Of a stretch of DNA of 64,000 nucleotides, positions 37,501 through 51,600 are shown in pieces. This DNA is from Iphione sp. A-MEVVRFRX5 (Eukaryota). Below the pieces are notes generated by a model. That model did no database searches. It saw only the letters and a program-made list of their open reading frames with translations, and had not been told where the DNA came from. Numbering within the stretch: position 1 is the first letter of the stretch; every line of letters starts with the position of its first letter. The stretch spans positions 80,352,001 through 80,416,000 of the forward strand of contig OZ320316.1 of assembly GCA_976226885.1 (NCBI GenBank). Reading direction: 5' to 3'. Position numbers and translations under genes: made by a program.

Positions 37501-40500
37501 AATACACAGTAACAACAATGACTTCGTTGTATTAAAGGACAATATGTGCGAAGCTGTGTTCAAAGATACAACTATATAAAGGCTATAATCAATTAAGTAA
37601 AGCTCGGTATGTGATAATTTACTGCTTCATTTGGTGTCATTCTTGAATTGCCAAACGTAAAATTACGATCATCTTGAAGTACACAGATCGAACACAATAG
37701 TTATGACTGAAACATGACTCTTCCCAATCACCAATACCATAATCGATTAGTCAATACTATACGTGGGAAAATACGCACTGATGGTTTTAAAATATATAGA
37801 TAAAGTAACAGCACAGCAAATCATCGAACGCTTCCACACGAAACTCACAAAACGAATGGACGAACGGATGAATGGAAGCCTACTTCACAGCAATGATAGG
37901 ACATAAGCTCATGTATGACATGATGAGAGAAAAAAGATGACCCAACCAGCCCAGAGAATTAGTACAGCGTTGGAATGCCATCATGAATGGAGGAGGTATT
38001 AGATATAACCTCCGCTGATTAGGACATGAGCATGAAATATTATGATGGAACCGGTAGGCAGCAACTTAGCACTCAAGCAAATATAGTGGTCTTAAGATTG
38101 AAATAAAGGAGAGGAAATGAGATGATGTCCAAGAAAAATATTTAAGTGAGCCAGTTCCACTGTGCTGTTTTTGCAGATTCACATGTGATTACGGATCAAG
38201 TGCATTTTTATGTTATCAAGCAAAGAAAGATCAGGAAAATGGCAGCACAGTCATTATACTATGGTACGCACGGTATCCGACTGCGGGGATAGGAACGTGA
38301 TAAATGTTTGTTAACTCAATGTAATAAAGCCATCATCAAAATTTAACAGCAACAAGCGTGTCTGTAGAAAAAAATCTAGAGTCTACACAGTCTCTCAATA
38401 ATTCCAGTCGGATACAAGTGTAATGCTATAACAAATGATACATAACAACTATTATTTATATAATATTACTATGGCGCCTGCATGGGTGCATAATGTAAAA
38501 TGCAAATCTGGTAAACCTTATACTTTTTATGATTTATTTTTGAGAGTATGTTTTTGTAAATAAGGCTGACCACAACACTGAAGATGCCCACGTCATTTAG
38601 AGCGCATTAAATTTGTGAATAAAGTGGCTTCAGGAGTCGGACAAAGTGGCTTCATCAGTGATGCTTAACTTCTCAAATCGATGCTAATATACATGTCCGC
38701 ACTTTTACGGATTCGGAAATTAATTAACAAATGCCTGATGTACTATTGTGTCAGCGAAAATTCTTTCAAATTCGTTAACCTGACGTGTATGCTGATAATG
38801 ACAGTAAATGTGTTTGTGCGTTAGGTGAGCAAGCTGACTCAATTTCTTTCCTACAAAGTGATCAAGTGCATTTCCTTCGGCTAGGGTGACTTGCAGTAAC
38901 ATAATAACATTTCATAAGCGCTGTGTGTGATATTGTCTCACCTTTTAGATATAAATGTAACCGCCCGTAACAATTTTCTATTGGAGTTAAGGCGTAGACA
39001 GGTTTCGTTTTAGAAAAGTAGATTACACCCATACATCTGACTCACTAGATGAATTTCATCGGCTGGATACTGACCGGGTATTCCCAGGTGCAAGTTTGTA
39101 TGATCACAACTTGGTAGGAAAGGCCAATGAATACATAAAACAGCTCATGCACGCTACGACGCAGTTAACCCCTGGAGAGATACCGTACCATTTCAAGATG
39201 CCAGGTGTGGTCACCCTCCGTGTCTTCAGCGTAGCCTAGCCGGATCTTATACAGTTCACCAAGTTCACCCTTGCTAGTCACCTATGTCAACACATCAAAA
39301 TGAAATACGTTAACGTTTTCCTCTGTAAAACAAATATATACAACACAGAAATATGTGGGTCCCTTGAACGCTTTGCATAATTTGAATGTATACTACTTTC
39401 TTGCATAACTTGATGAGCTTAATATATTTTCTGAATCTGTTCCTGAGATATATATGCTTCTGAAGATCCAGCTGATTAGCACTCCTACTCGTTTACATAA
39501 ATGTAACTAAACAAATATTGTCCTACCACAAAGTCATCGGTAAAGCCAGGGAAGTATACGTTGTTCTTTGTTGACACAAGAGGGAGCTCCTCGGACTTGC
39601 CATGTTTGCCATACAGAACAAGTACGCGCTGAGCCGACGATGGCGGTGCTGGCTCGTCAGTTCCGGCGGCTTCAGCTGTCTTGATCGACACTTTCCATGT
39701 GTACTCTACAGAAAATAACCAGAGGAGGAATGGCGAGTTGTGAAGGTTAGAATATATACCGATGTCTTGGTCTGTACCTTGTTTTAGGACGTGCATTCAA
39801 AGGAAGAAATCTGATTATCATTTAACTTGATGGTCTAATAGATATATGTATGGCAGTATTCCTCTTAGAAATAATGCATACCTTTGACTGGCTCTTCGGG
39901 AGGCAGAGGCTCCAGATAACGCTCAATTAGTCCGTCGTCTTCGCCTTCATCCAACCATCTTCATGAACAAATACAAACCTCATTGCCAATATTTGAAATG
40001 GTATACAGATGATATCTAACCCTCTAGCTATTAAGCAACGTTCAATAACATGCAGTAATTCTTAAGGTCTCGATATAAAACTGTCTAAAAGAAGAGTTAT
40101 TTTTGAAACAGCTGGAGTATTGATTGTATTAAACTATTCTAAAGCCCCAGATTTTACCTCGAACAAGGGAATATAAACGTTCGCCGCGGCAGTTGCGGCT
40201 CAGCTGCTGAGGCCTCGTCTGTATCTGTATGACCATCTTCTCCTTCGTCAGTGTCTTTATCATCGCCCTCTTTTAAAGCTGATTCTACGGTATCTCCCTC
40301 TTCGATTATTATCTTCTCCAAGAACCAGCCGGAACCTGTGACAGAAATGGTCAAATGTACGGACAGAGTATTGCTGTGGACACCCACGAAATAAATCTGT
40401 GAATCTTTCTGTGGAGAGGACAACTCTATAGCCTACCTATACCAAAGCCGTCGTGTCCCACGGTAGCAACTTGTAGGTCGCTCATATCAACCACTTCCAG

Positions 40501-42677
40501 TGTGAAAATGTCCACCTGGAATGACATGCGCATTTTCAGCAAGACTTTTGAAGAGTAAAAGGGCTTTAATCCATTTATGTCGGTAGTTTCCACTGTACAC
40601 ATAGTTTTTATGTAGTAGCTACATGTATCATAGTACCGTGCGGAGAGGAAAGCTACATGGACTGTTTGTTTGCAAGTTCTCCAATATACAGCATGAAAAT
40701 AGAAAATCAATAACTTTGGGGCAAAAGTGTCCCATTGTAAGGCAGTCTACTTCGACAGGTAGCCGCTGTTTGAGTCACCTCACCTCTCCCTTCTCAAACT
40801 TGGTCTCATTCTTTTTGGCTTTCCTCAGTTCCCTCCGGCCAGACGTGCCTCCTCTGCCTTGCACGATGAGGTAGACATTTGCATCTGTCCCAGCATTCGC
40901 TACATCCCCAGTGTGCACTGCAATCTCGTAGCGTCTCACTGAAAACAAAGTTACATTCCCGTAGTTGAAAGTCACTCCACTGCGTCAAGAAGACATATGC
41001 CGAAATTACATGCACGATAGCAACTTACCTTGTGGGCAGCTCAACTAGGAAACGTTGTGCTGGTCCCAAATGTTTATCTATAATATAACCAAGTCATGTA
41101 ATTGGGCAACTCATATTACAGGGGGAAATTGTCTATACGCACTGGTGGTCTTTACTCTGAGTTGCTACTGTTTTTGTACCTCGTCGAGGTATCATGGGCC
41201 AGACATGACTCAGGCATTGGACTAATTGGACCTGATATTTTCGTATGAAACTCATCAAGCCCGTCTCCCCATTTGCAAGTAGTTCAGTATTGCTTGGAAT
41301 ACTTACGCGGAGACATTGGTACTGAAGGCCAGAGTACAGGTGCTTCCAGCTTCCCATCGTAGGTGTCATTAAGGTGTAGCCAACCGTTGATGCCACATGT
41401 GAAGGTATCGTCTGTTGACTCGTCGACGAAGTGGATCTGTTTGAAAGATAAATACCCGATGAATAACAAATTTAAGTGTGCAGCTGAATGTTGGTGCCTA
41501 GTGTGTCTCATTGGCCATGCCTAGACCAACAGTTGAGGGTGGAGGTGTTGGGAAAGGGGTTGGGATGATGTGAATTTGCCGACTCAGTTTGAGAACAATT
41601 CAACACCCCACGCACACACATGCACCCTCCCACTATATCAAGGCCCTGATAGTCGCTATTTCGTATTTGTCCCAATTATTCATAAACAAAACTTGATCAT
41701 GGGGAAGTGGTGCTTGGGGGGCGCGTTCTCTTCCAGTTTTCTAAATATAACCTCTATACCCTCTCAGTGGTTACAACTGTGCTCTACCTAGGTTACCTGT
41801 TGTGGCCCACCATGTCCCTACAACACTCTCCCCCCGTCCCCGCCCTACAACCCTCCCTCCTTCTGAACAAATAGCAGTGTATAAATGGAAGGGTATACAT
41901 GTGCAAATTACCGCCTGTGCATACTATTGCAACTATGGTTACACTACACTTATAAAACGGCTGCCGGAAGTAGTCCCCATGCATTGTGACCAGTGCGCAT
42001 GCTTGAGGGGAAGCCAACCAATCAGCAAGGTTCTTGCATATATGCTTTGGCAAAGGAAAAATATAGTTTAAAATAAACATGCCGGTCAGATTGACTTCTA
42101 TTGTATACAATGCTACGGCTTTGAAGGGATTTACATAAATTCTTACGTGCCTTACCTTTTTCAGACACCACGACTGGGATACTTGCTGCAAGCTGAAGCC
42201 AACTCTTAGCTTGAAGATATCTCCTATGTCGCCAGGAATAGTTATCTGCAATTAAAAGAAACGTGAGGTTTTTAGGCATTGTGCACATATATGTTCTTGG
42301 AACCCCTTCTCTGAAATACACATACTTCATAATTTTCTATGACTGCATCGACACCTAAGCCTTACGTCGTCTTATTTAAACATAGATTCTGGTGCTTTTC
42401 AATCATATAGTTGATGGTAACGTAAAATGTTACCATTGACCAGGTGAGATGCAAATTGTTGCACATATCAGCCATTAACAGAGGCATATGGAGGGATTTT
42501 GTACCTTGAATGTGTCCTTTTGCCCAGGTTGAAATGGAACGTCGTTTTCTGTGATGGCGTCTGTAAGTAGAATAGGCTCCGTCTCTTTCAGACGTCCACA
42601 CACAACGATGGCCACGTCTCCGGAGGCTCCGGCCTCCGGATCATCTCCTGTCTCCACAGTGACTAGCCACCGGCCCT
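31509..42677 (-). CDS. PLAT domains 13-18 and C-terminus
   Basis: e.g. [89 protein letters not shown]; ends DWLEEENGSTERQLERQDK*. Confidence 0.9.
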
Positions 42678-45600
42678 CTACAAGTAAAGAACAAGAAAGT
42701 GTATTTATCTACGTCCTGCCAATTTCTCACTCATTTATCGCAAAAAAACCCTCTTGTAATGTACATGTACCTCTAAAACCAGAGAACCCGCAATAAATCC
42801 ATGGCACAGTACATATGTTTGCCCCAATTTACCAGCTATAAACAGCTAACTTGAATAAGCATTGCTGTCTGACCTCTGGTACAGAATGCTGAAGTTCAAA
42901 TCACACATAACATGATGTAGAAGGGTACGTGTCACAATCTATACATCCACTCAAGCTAGACGTAACGCCTTTCCTGTGCGTGAAGGATTAATATCCAATC
43001 CTTCCTTCAACAGCGTAGCAGTTCATCTCATACATACCACTCTCTGGTAACTCTGGAGTCTTCTCCAGTGGCACTGCCGCTGGACTTATGAAGTCATCAA
43101 AGTAGTAGTCAGTGAACTCCACCTCCTCATCGTCGGACAGCCTCTGTGACACCATGCTCGTGTCTGCACAGTTATCGTCGGCTTCTTTGCTCTTGGCACG
43201 TAATACCCTGAATAATACATACTAATGTTTCAATGGTTTATTTTCAAATTGCCTTACTTGCAAAGTTTTTCGAATAGGTAGCTCTAATTTTCATCAAGGT
43301 GAACTTTTTGTCCCATCACTAAGTGGTTCATAAACTCAAGACAGATATATATATTTGACAACATTCACAATTGTCAGTATGTCACTTATGAAAGAACAGC
43401 GTTGTTTCATACCTATGTGTTTATTTCATGTAGGCAAAGGAAAGGGCCATCCATGTTCTTACCTGAAGCAATTGAATATTTGGTTGCGCACTGAAAACTG
43501 TCCAGCCCCAATGATTACTTCCTTCACTGCTACATCCTTCTGAGATGTATTTATCACGGTTACTTTTGTGATTATTCCAAGGTCAACTGCAGACAATGTA
43601 ACCAAATCCTACGACAGAAGAAAAAAAAAGATATTTTATGTGAATGCTGGTTTCAAAAGGGACATTTTCAAACTGATAGTAGGAATATCATTTAAGAAGC
43701 ATTTTAAAATGAGAGAATTTGATTATGCAAGTCCGTGAATGCATCCCGACGCAAACCAGGCATATTACTATACATGTACTAAATATTCACATTGGTTTTA
43801 AGTGTCAATACAGGGGAGGTTGGGACATTTATTATATTGAATACCTCCTTTTCATCTAGGGCTTGCCTCATGGCCTTCACCCTTTTCCTGGCCTGGTATC
43901 CTCGGAAGCCGGCCTGTATCTTAATGGCGGCCTGCTCCTTTTTCTGTTTAAATAAGGGTGCGTCCATGGGGAAAAACGGAAAACAAGTGAAACGTGAGAG
44001 TGACACGTGCCTCAAACCCCGTTACTGTATGTATGATGCATCAGCAAACAGTGCACTGGTCCAAATATCAGTGATATTTTCAATGCAAGTGATGTTAGCT
44101 CCATAGTTTGTGACTGTTAAAATGGGTGTAACGGTACCTTGCAGATTCATTGCACACTTTGTGATTTAAAACGAATCTTGGTGTTCGGGTTTTGATTAAA
44201 AATCTAACATCATTAGATACATGAGCAACAAACCAAAATGTTAAGAAAACAGAAAGGGCTCTTACTGCTTCTGACTTGTCCTTCTTTTCTTGTTTTTTGT
44301 CCGGTTTCTTGCCCTTCTTGCGCTGGTCGTCTTTTTCTGTTGAATTCTTAGTTTTAGATGTACTTTTAGGGTCATCCTTCGATTTGGCTTTGGTGTTTTT
44401 ATTTGCCTTGTTATTGTCATCCTTTTCAGTTTTACTACTCTGGCTCGCCTCTGTCTGGTCACCATCCTTTGATGGTGTTGGTTCGAGTTTAACCTTGGTG
44501 ACAGGTACTAAATGCCAACCACTATCGCCATTTGTACCGTGAAGACAGATCCATATCTCCTCCTTCTCTTTCTCGGCATCATCTTTACCTGTATCCTTCT
44601 CTATATCTTCATCATCCTTCCTTTCCTTACTGTTCTTTACATTCTTATTATCTTTCTCTTTGTTTTTCTTGTCGTCTTTTCCGCCACGTTTATCTTTCGT
44701 AGTGCTACCTTTAGGTGGATCAGACTTTTCTCTTCCATTTGTTTGTTTATCTTCAGAGTCCTCTGATTTACCACTTTCATCGTCACCTCCTGTTGACGGT
44801 GCCTCATCAAAGCAGTGCACAATTACTTTATAGTCAATCACTGGAAGAGGAAACGTATGCACATATGTATACATATAGTAATATATTCATAAACATGAAC
44901 ATTCTACATGAGCTGCATACCGCCTACCATAAACGCAATGACTACTGTATGAACATCCTACTAGTATAATGAGTGAAACGTGCACAAGAAACGAACCATG
45001 CTGTTTTAAAATATTTTAATGCTTACATAAATATATGTATTCACAAATGATTCTGCTGTTTGGCTGGTTTTGTTGGTAAACTGCACGGCAACAATAACGC
45101 TAGTAAAGGCAATTTCCACAAACCTGGTTTCACTTGTTCACCGTCTCGAAGTGCCGGCAGTTCGCGGTGGGCAGAGGCTGTTCTCTGCCCGACGAGAGAC
45201 TTGAAGTCAAACACCAGCTCCTCCTTCGTGTCCACGTCGGTCATGGCTACCTGCGCGATCTGCCAGGCCAACGTCTCCCCTTCATGCAGCGTACCGTCGA
45301 TAAGACGCGCTTTGTGGATTTTCCCGATGTCTCCCACGGCTAACTATACGGGACAAGGCAACATTTCAACTTTTAAGGACGTTCTTTGTAACCTTTGCTG
45401 TGCAGATTTGGGGGGGGGGGGGGGTCAACACACGACTAAAAGCCCAGTACCAAACCGAATGAGAGCGGCATTTATTCTCTCTCTACCATCGACCTCTAGC
45501 TGGGAGGCTTCAATATTGTTCATTCCCAACTGTCTTTGGCTACTGGACCCACTCAAACCCAAATTTCACTTTTCAGCAAAGATTTATCGCTAGATAGTAA

Positions 45601-48600
45601 ATATTTTGTGATGCAAGCAGCCCAAAATAAGTCGAATTGACAAGGTCTCCCCCCCAACAAGAATAAGCTTATTTAATTGATATCTGGGGATTGCATATCA
45701 GAGCTTTATCATTTGCGTCAGACGATATTTTCAGCACCGTTTGTATATATCATTATTTGGGTAGTTTTGTAATACTCTTGATGGTTCCTGAGTATTCTTA
45801 CTTCTTTTTCAAAAACCGTGCCGAGAATGATGTCGTCGGTACCGGTGACCACTGCTAGGGGCCTGGAGACTCCATTCTCACCGTACAGAACCATCATCAC
45901 TCGCCCAGGTTCGTAGTAACTACCATACGGCTGAGGGTCTTTCTTGTCGTTCTCGTCCTGACTTGGTTTGTTTTCTGTATTATTTTTCTCGTTCTTCTGG
46001 TCTTTAGAACCGTCTTTTTCATCGTCGGTAGAAAGCTCGTCCTCAGTTGCCATAGTCAAGCGTAACTGCCATATTCCGTCTACAAAACGAAATAAAATAA
46101 ACAATAACTATATCTATATAGATTCTGATATATTCAGAAGCTACGGACACCTCCTGTAAATAGCAACATGCAGTAGAGCTATATTAAAGCATTAGTAAAT
46201 ATGTGAATATTTCAAAACATATGACATGTACAAGTATACATGCATATAATCTGGATTACTTGTAATTGGTCGGTTTTCTTCGTTGTCCTTGTCGAGTACA
46301 GCGACTTCAACGTCTGGCAAAAGATCTCTCACAACTGCTCGATCCTCACATCCAGTATCAAACCACCTGTGGTGATTGTAATGTTTAATATAACATAAAA
46401 TTATCGTTAGTTTATATCTGCCTGTCTGTCTGTCTATCTATATATCTATCTATATGGTTAGAGCTGCATATATGTTCTGTATTCTATATGTATGCACCTG
46501 CATGATATCGTAAATTGATTTTTACTTTTACATTTGATAGTTCCTTATTCTGGGTCTGTTGTTCTATCTTTTGGTAACTGTGTGCATAGAAATATGAAGT
46601 TAAAATGACTGTAAGTAGCTACTATGGTATGTTGCTCAATATTGTGGAGGTCGAGCATTTTTTTAACCGAGATCAAAGGAACTATAATATAAAAGTATCG
46701 TACCTATTGCAAGGGAAAACAGTCAGCCTGGGCTGGTCCTTCTTCCGTATTGTCACGTGATTACAATACCACCCTAGACCACGTCCTATGGTGTCATGGC
46801 CAAGGGTGACATGCTTCACGTCCCCAACTTCCAGGACATTCAGATGGAACACGTCAGTCTGAAAAGAACGTAAAATAAGATTGGAATGTAATACATGTAT
46901 GTGCTTTATCATTCGTTATATGTTTTCCAACAGTAAGCGATTGCTGATGTAACTGACAGGTCTCTTAGACAATGAAATAAGTAATCCATCAACTGACTTG
47001 TCACAGTACGCTAGTTACTTATACATGTATGTATAGATATTATCCATGTGGCTTCCTGTAACGTGGTAGCTCTATCTGGAGGTCTCTGGGCCTTCATAAG
47101 ATAACATCCATAACACGGAGATATTAAGGATACCTTCCGAAGGTTTTTGAAACATCGTGGACAGGAATCAGTCATCAGTGACAAAGTAGATAAGACACGA
47201 GGAAAATCTTTGTTTTCCCCAGACTGAAGTGCTTACTTGTCCTTGTCTGAACTTGGTCTGGTTTTTGAGGGAATTCTCCAGCAAATATCGACCTGTATCG
47301 CCCCAACTTCCCACAACGTTGCAGTAAAGCTGAGCGTCTGTTTCCGCCCCCGGTAGATCGCCAGTCATCACCTTCATCTCGTAGACACATTCTGAAATAA
47401 GTTCACACAGTATTCGGTACCTCCAACAATGACCATTCTCATCTCGTGGTTTAAACCTTATGCTCAACCACACTGTGATAGGTACCTGGATCTTTCACAT
47501 AACAATCAACTATCTTCATTTCTTGACCAAGAGCTCACGGAGTATCTCTCAGAGAAGTGAAAATCTATACATCCTGAAAGTATGTCTTGGTCTCTAAAGT
47601 ATAAGCTACATCTTAGTCACTGGAAACGATCTACTCCGCGCTCATTCGCACTTGGTAACGATCATTATATTGCACGTATAAATTTTAACACAATCTGTGC
47701 ATAATAAATAACCAGTCCACTCAGGGGAGGTACATGAATGTCCCAGAATGTACATAGGAGAGTAGATACCTAGGAGTGGTGTAGTGTCAGGCCTGATGGC
47801 TGCCAAATCTCTGGTGGAGGGGGCCGCGTCGGAGGCGGTGTTGAGCCAATCATCGTGTAACATGTGAAACTCTTGTTGGGTGTCACAGTCTTTCAGCTTA
47901 AGCTGTAAAACGTGGTAAGGAAATTGAGAAATTGTGACCTTTTCTATCATAACTGACATGATTATTCGCTTTATGCAGATTATACCGACTGCGATGTAAT
48001 AATCTTAGTTGCAATAATTGGCTGATCAGGACCTCTCAAACAAACCTGGCGGAGCTATTATTTACGTGGTATACGGTTTCAACGCATCAGCTGCATACTA
48101 TACTTTGACAAGACTTTTTAGCTTTCTGCCTAAAGATAAATTCTTACCCGGTAAAGGAACAAGTCTTCATCTCCAACGTAGATGAGCCGCACCTTAAAGA
48201 TCTCACCAATATCACCGACGTCCACCTGTGAACGGATTAAAGAGTTTGTGTGGGATTATGAAAGGAAATTGGACAAAATACCATCGGGTAATTAGTCAGT
48301 CAACCAGAATACACATATTAATACATCTATTTACATAGGAAATGAATTCCATGATGTCAGTTTATTGTTGGAAACTTTATTATCCGAGGTAAATTCATGT
48401 ATAAGAAGGAGAAACTGGAGCTAGTGTCTTTAATGAAGGACCTTCAATATAAGAGGACCTCTTAACAGAGTACAAATGTACCCATGTGATCTCCATCACT
48501 ACAGTAACTACATGTGGATATTGAAAATAAATACAAGATATGAAATAATGCTGTACCATTATGTTCTGAGTGGTCTGAAGATCTTTCATTGCCTTTTCTT

Positions 48601-51600
48601 TCCTCTCTTTGAGTTCCTTCTCCTTCTCATCTTCGTCTTTTTCATCCTCTTCTTTGGAATCCTCCTTTGTTTGACTGCTCTTCTTCTTATCATCACTGTC
48701 TCTCTTCTGTGATTTCTTGTCAGTTTGACCTCGCTTGGGCGAATCGTCCTTTCTGTTGCCTTCGTTCTTACCAGTGTCTTTACCATCTGAATTTCTCTTA
48801 CCATCTTGCTTTGTATCGGCCTTATTCCGTTGCTTTTTGTCATTGCTCTCACCATTATGTTCAGCATCTGCGTTGTCCTCCTCATCTCCCAAAAGAAGTA
48901 GTGGCTTACTTTCTCCCAACAGTCCAAACGCCACTAAACGTAGGCTGCCCTCAGGTGGCAGTTCGGTGCCATCGACCGTTACCTCCCAGGAGCCCTTGGA
49001 TTTGGGTTTCTCATCACCAGGTTCTTCCTCTCTAGTCGCCTCGTCAACCTCATCGCTTGAGGGAGGCAGTATTTTCGTCGCACCTGATCAAGATTAACAA
49101 GAACTGAATCAATAGGAACGGAACGGGAAATGTATGCGTTACCATGAGAAACTGGATCACCCAATACTCAGTGCTTAATTTAGATGACTGGAAAGACATG
49201 GTTACATACCCGCAGTGGTAAAGGTTCCACTGGCTGGTTTTTCGTCTTGTAGGATGATGACCTCGTTCGCTGGGAAAATCCATTCCTGTATTGCATGTGT
49301 GGTTTCCTTGATGACAACTTTTTCTACCAACCAGGCAGAGTCTGCTAGGCATAAACAAGAAACAGATACATTAAAAAGGGTAATGTTCTAATAACTTAAA
49401 ATGACGCTTCGGGTGTTCTAAGCGGTAGGACTAATCAGTTATGATGTTTTGAGGTATGCACTGTATATGAGCTGTCCCAATCTGTTCCGAAATCTCATAC
49501 CACGTATTGAAAATTAATGCACGAGTAATATTCATTCTCTTACATTGTTAGTCTTGAGGTATTAATATGTATAATTGAAGATTTTTCTATCAATTCTTCC
49601 ATAAATCAGTGTAGAAAAACAGATTTTGAAACTAACCCTCGTTTTCACCGTCATGTTCTAATATCACTTCACTCAGCGCTCCCAGGTAGACGGATTCAAT
49701 TTCAAACTGGTCGGTCTGCCCCCGTCTCCAAGGTACATCTCCGCTGGAGGGCGCCAGCAGCGGCCGGCGGTCGGCACGTCCTTCACTGCCGACGATGGAG
49801 AGGTAGACGACCGCCGACGTCTCGGCGTCGTCGGCGTCACAGGTCGTGATGCTCACCTGGTACTTCAACACTGTTCACGAGGGACATCACCGTCAGTTCT
49901 AACGTATAGCATGCTCCAGCATTTCGTGTTGGAAATTTTAAGTAAAACAACTACACACATACTTAAACGTCTATATGTGGGGACCTCTGGGCATTGTAAC
50001 CCTTTCAAATCCTATGTTTGATACAAGTTGAAGAAAGCTGAAACGTGCGAATAAACTAAATTGTGATCAATGGTATCAAACAATGTCAGGAAATTAAGTT
50101 CTGTATGGTTAATATTGAAAGGATAAATAGTCTTGCACAAATTATCTTGATCTCACTGTGAACCTTAAAGAATGAGAGGAGTCGGCATATCAGACCTGGT
50201 GTGGGAGCCTCATCCTGATAGATAGCGGGTAGTTCTCTATAAAGAGTACCATCTTCCTCCTCTGCAGACAACCAGCAGTTCGAATAGAACTTAATTGGTT
50301 CCCCTCCACTCGCCTTTTTCATAGTTAACTACAAAATAAAACGATGGACATTTAGTTGGCATGAATCCATACTGAGTTCGGTTAAAAATAGCAATATACA
50401 CTTCGAGGAAACAGCGCTGTTGAAATATGGCCTTGGTATTATCCAAGAGAGAAGCAGCGGAACGTCCAATGAGGTATAGTTACTTTTCAATAAATACTTC
50501 AGTCTTACCATTTGGAGGTGCCATGCTGGCGAGGAACCACGGTTATCATGTTCAACAAGCACCTTATAGATATCCCCGATATCTCCGAATTTAATCTGAA
50601 AGCATAAGACATATCAAGGAAATTAATCACCAAATGTAGAATCAATAATAATAAAATGCGCAATATTTTGAGTATAATTTGAAGTTCGTGGTATAGATGT
50701 TGGTCTCCAAGAAAATGTGATTGTTTTGAACTATACTCGGTTCAACCTTTGAATTGTACGTCACACTAATTGCACATAGATCAGTCTTTTCCTACTCATA
50801 GTCTGACTGAAAGGCTGCCGGTATTCAGATAAAAATAAAAAGTTGTAAAACTGTCAAGTGAGATATATAGCAACCTTTTGGGTTGTTTCTTTCCCTCGCA
50901 TGAAGTCCTTCGAGCCTGCTTTGCCTAGCTCCAATCTGTCGGAGGTATCCAGTCGACCATAGACGGTAATGTATACTTGAGCTCGAGTTCCAGCATTCTC
51001 CAGATCACTCGTTTTAATGGTGACCTCCCATGCATCATCAGGTACTTTTTCTTAAAATCAAAGACCAGTGTTCAGAACAATAATTGTATTAGTTGCCTAG
51101 TAATGATAGCAATGTACCTACTGTACAATAAACGGCAAATGAAGTAAACACACTCGAAGAGCATACATACAATGTCAGCCATTTCATGCTTCTGGTAGTG
51201 CAACAAATGGACCCTGCTGCTGATTGTATAATATTGTACTTGAAGAAAAGCGTCTTTTAAAAAGTTAAAATTAGTATTGTAAATTATATATAACTCAGGG
51301 ACGTGGGTCACAAAAATTAGGCTTGTTCCCAAATATAAATCTTGTTCTTTAAACCTATTCACTAGTTGCCATCCTTCATCAACTAAAGCAAGTACACTAA
51401 ATTCTTACGTATGCCAAACTGCTCCTAAGTATGTCTAAAAAGGATTATTGTAGTGCACTACAAAAGGTGTTTTTGTGGTGATCTTTCTCGTAACAAATTA
51501 ACAAAGCTACTGTATAAAAGGAATATTTCTCAATGAATTCGTGACAAAATGAAGAAGAAACTGTATATAAATACGAAAGTATCCATTGCGTGATGATTGT

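Noticed and set aside
38620-38675. Minus-strand CUGAUGA followed by AGCCAC (hammerhead-like start)
   Set aside because: No complementary stem II strand or GAAA box follows; it is a 12-bp direct repeat (aaagtggcttca twice).
48476-49097. Plus-strand hydrophobic (F/L/S-rich) ORFs here and at 44276-44766 and 62340-63520
   Set aside because: Antisense shadows of the K/E/D-rich minus-strand exons, not membrane proteins.
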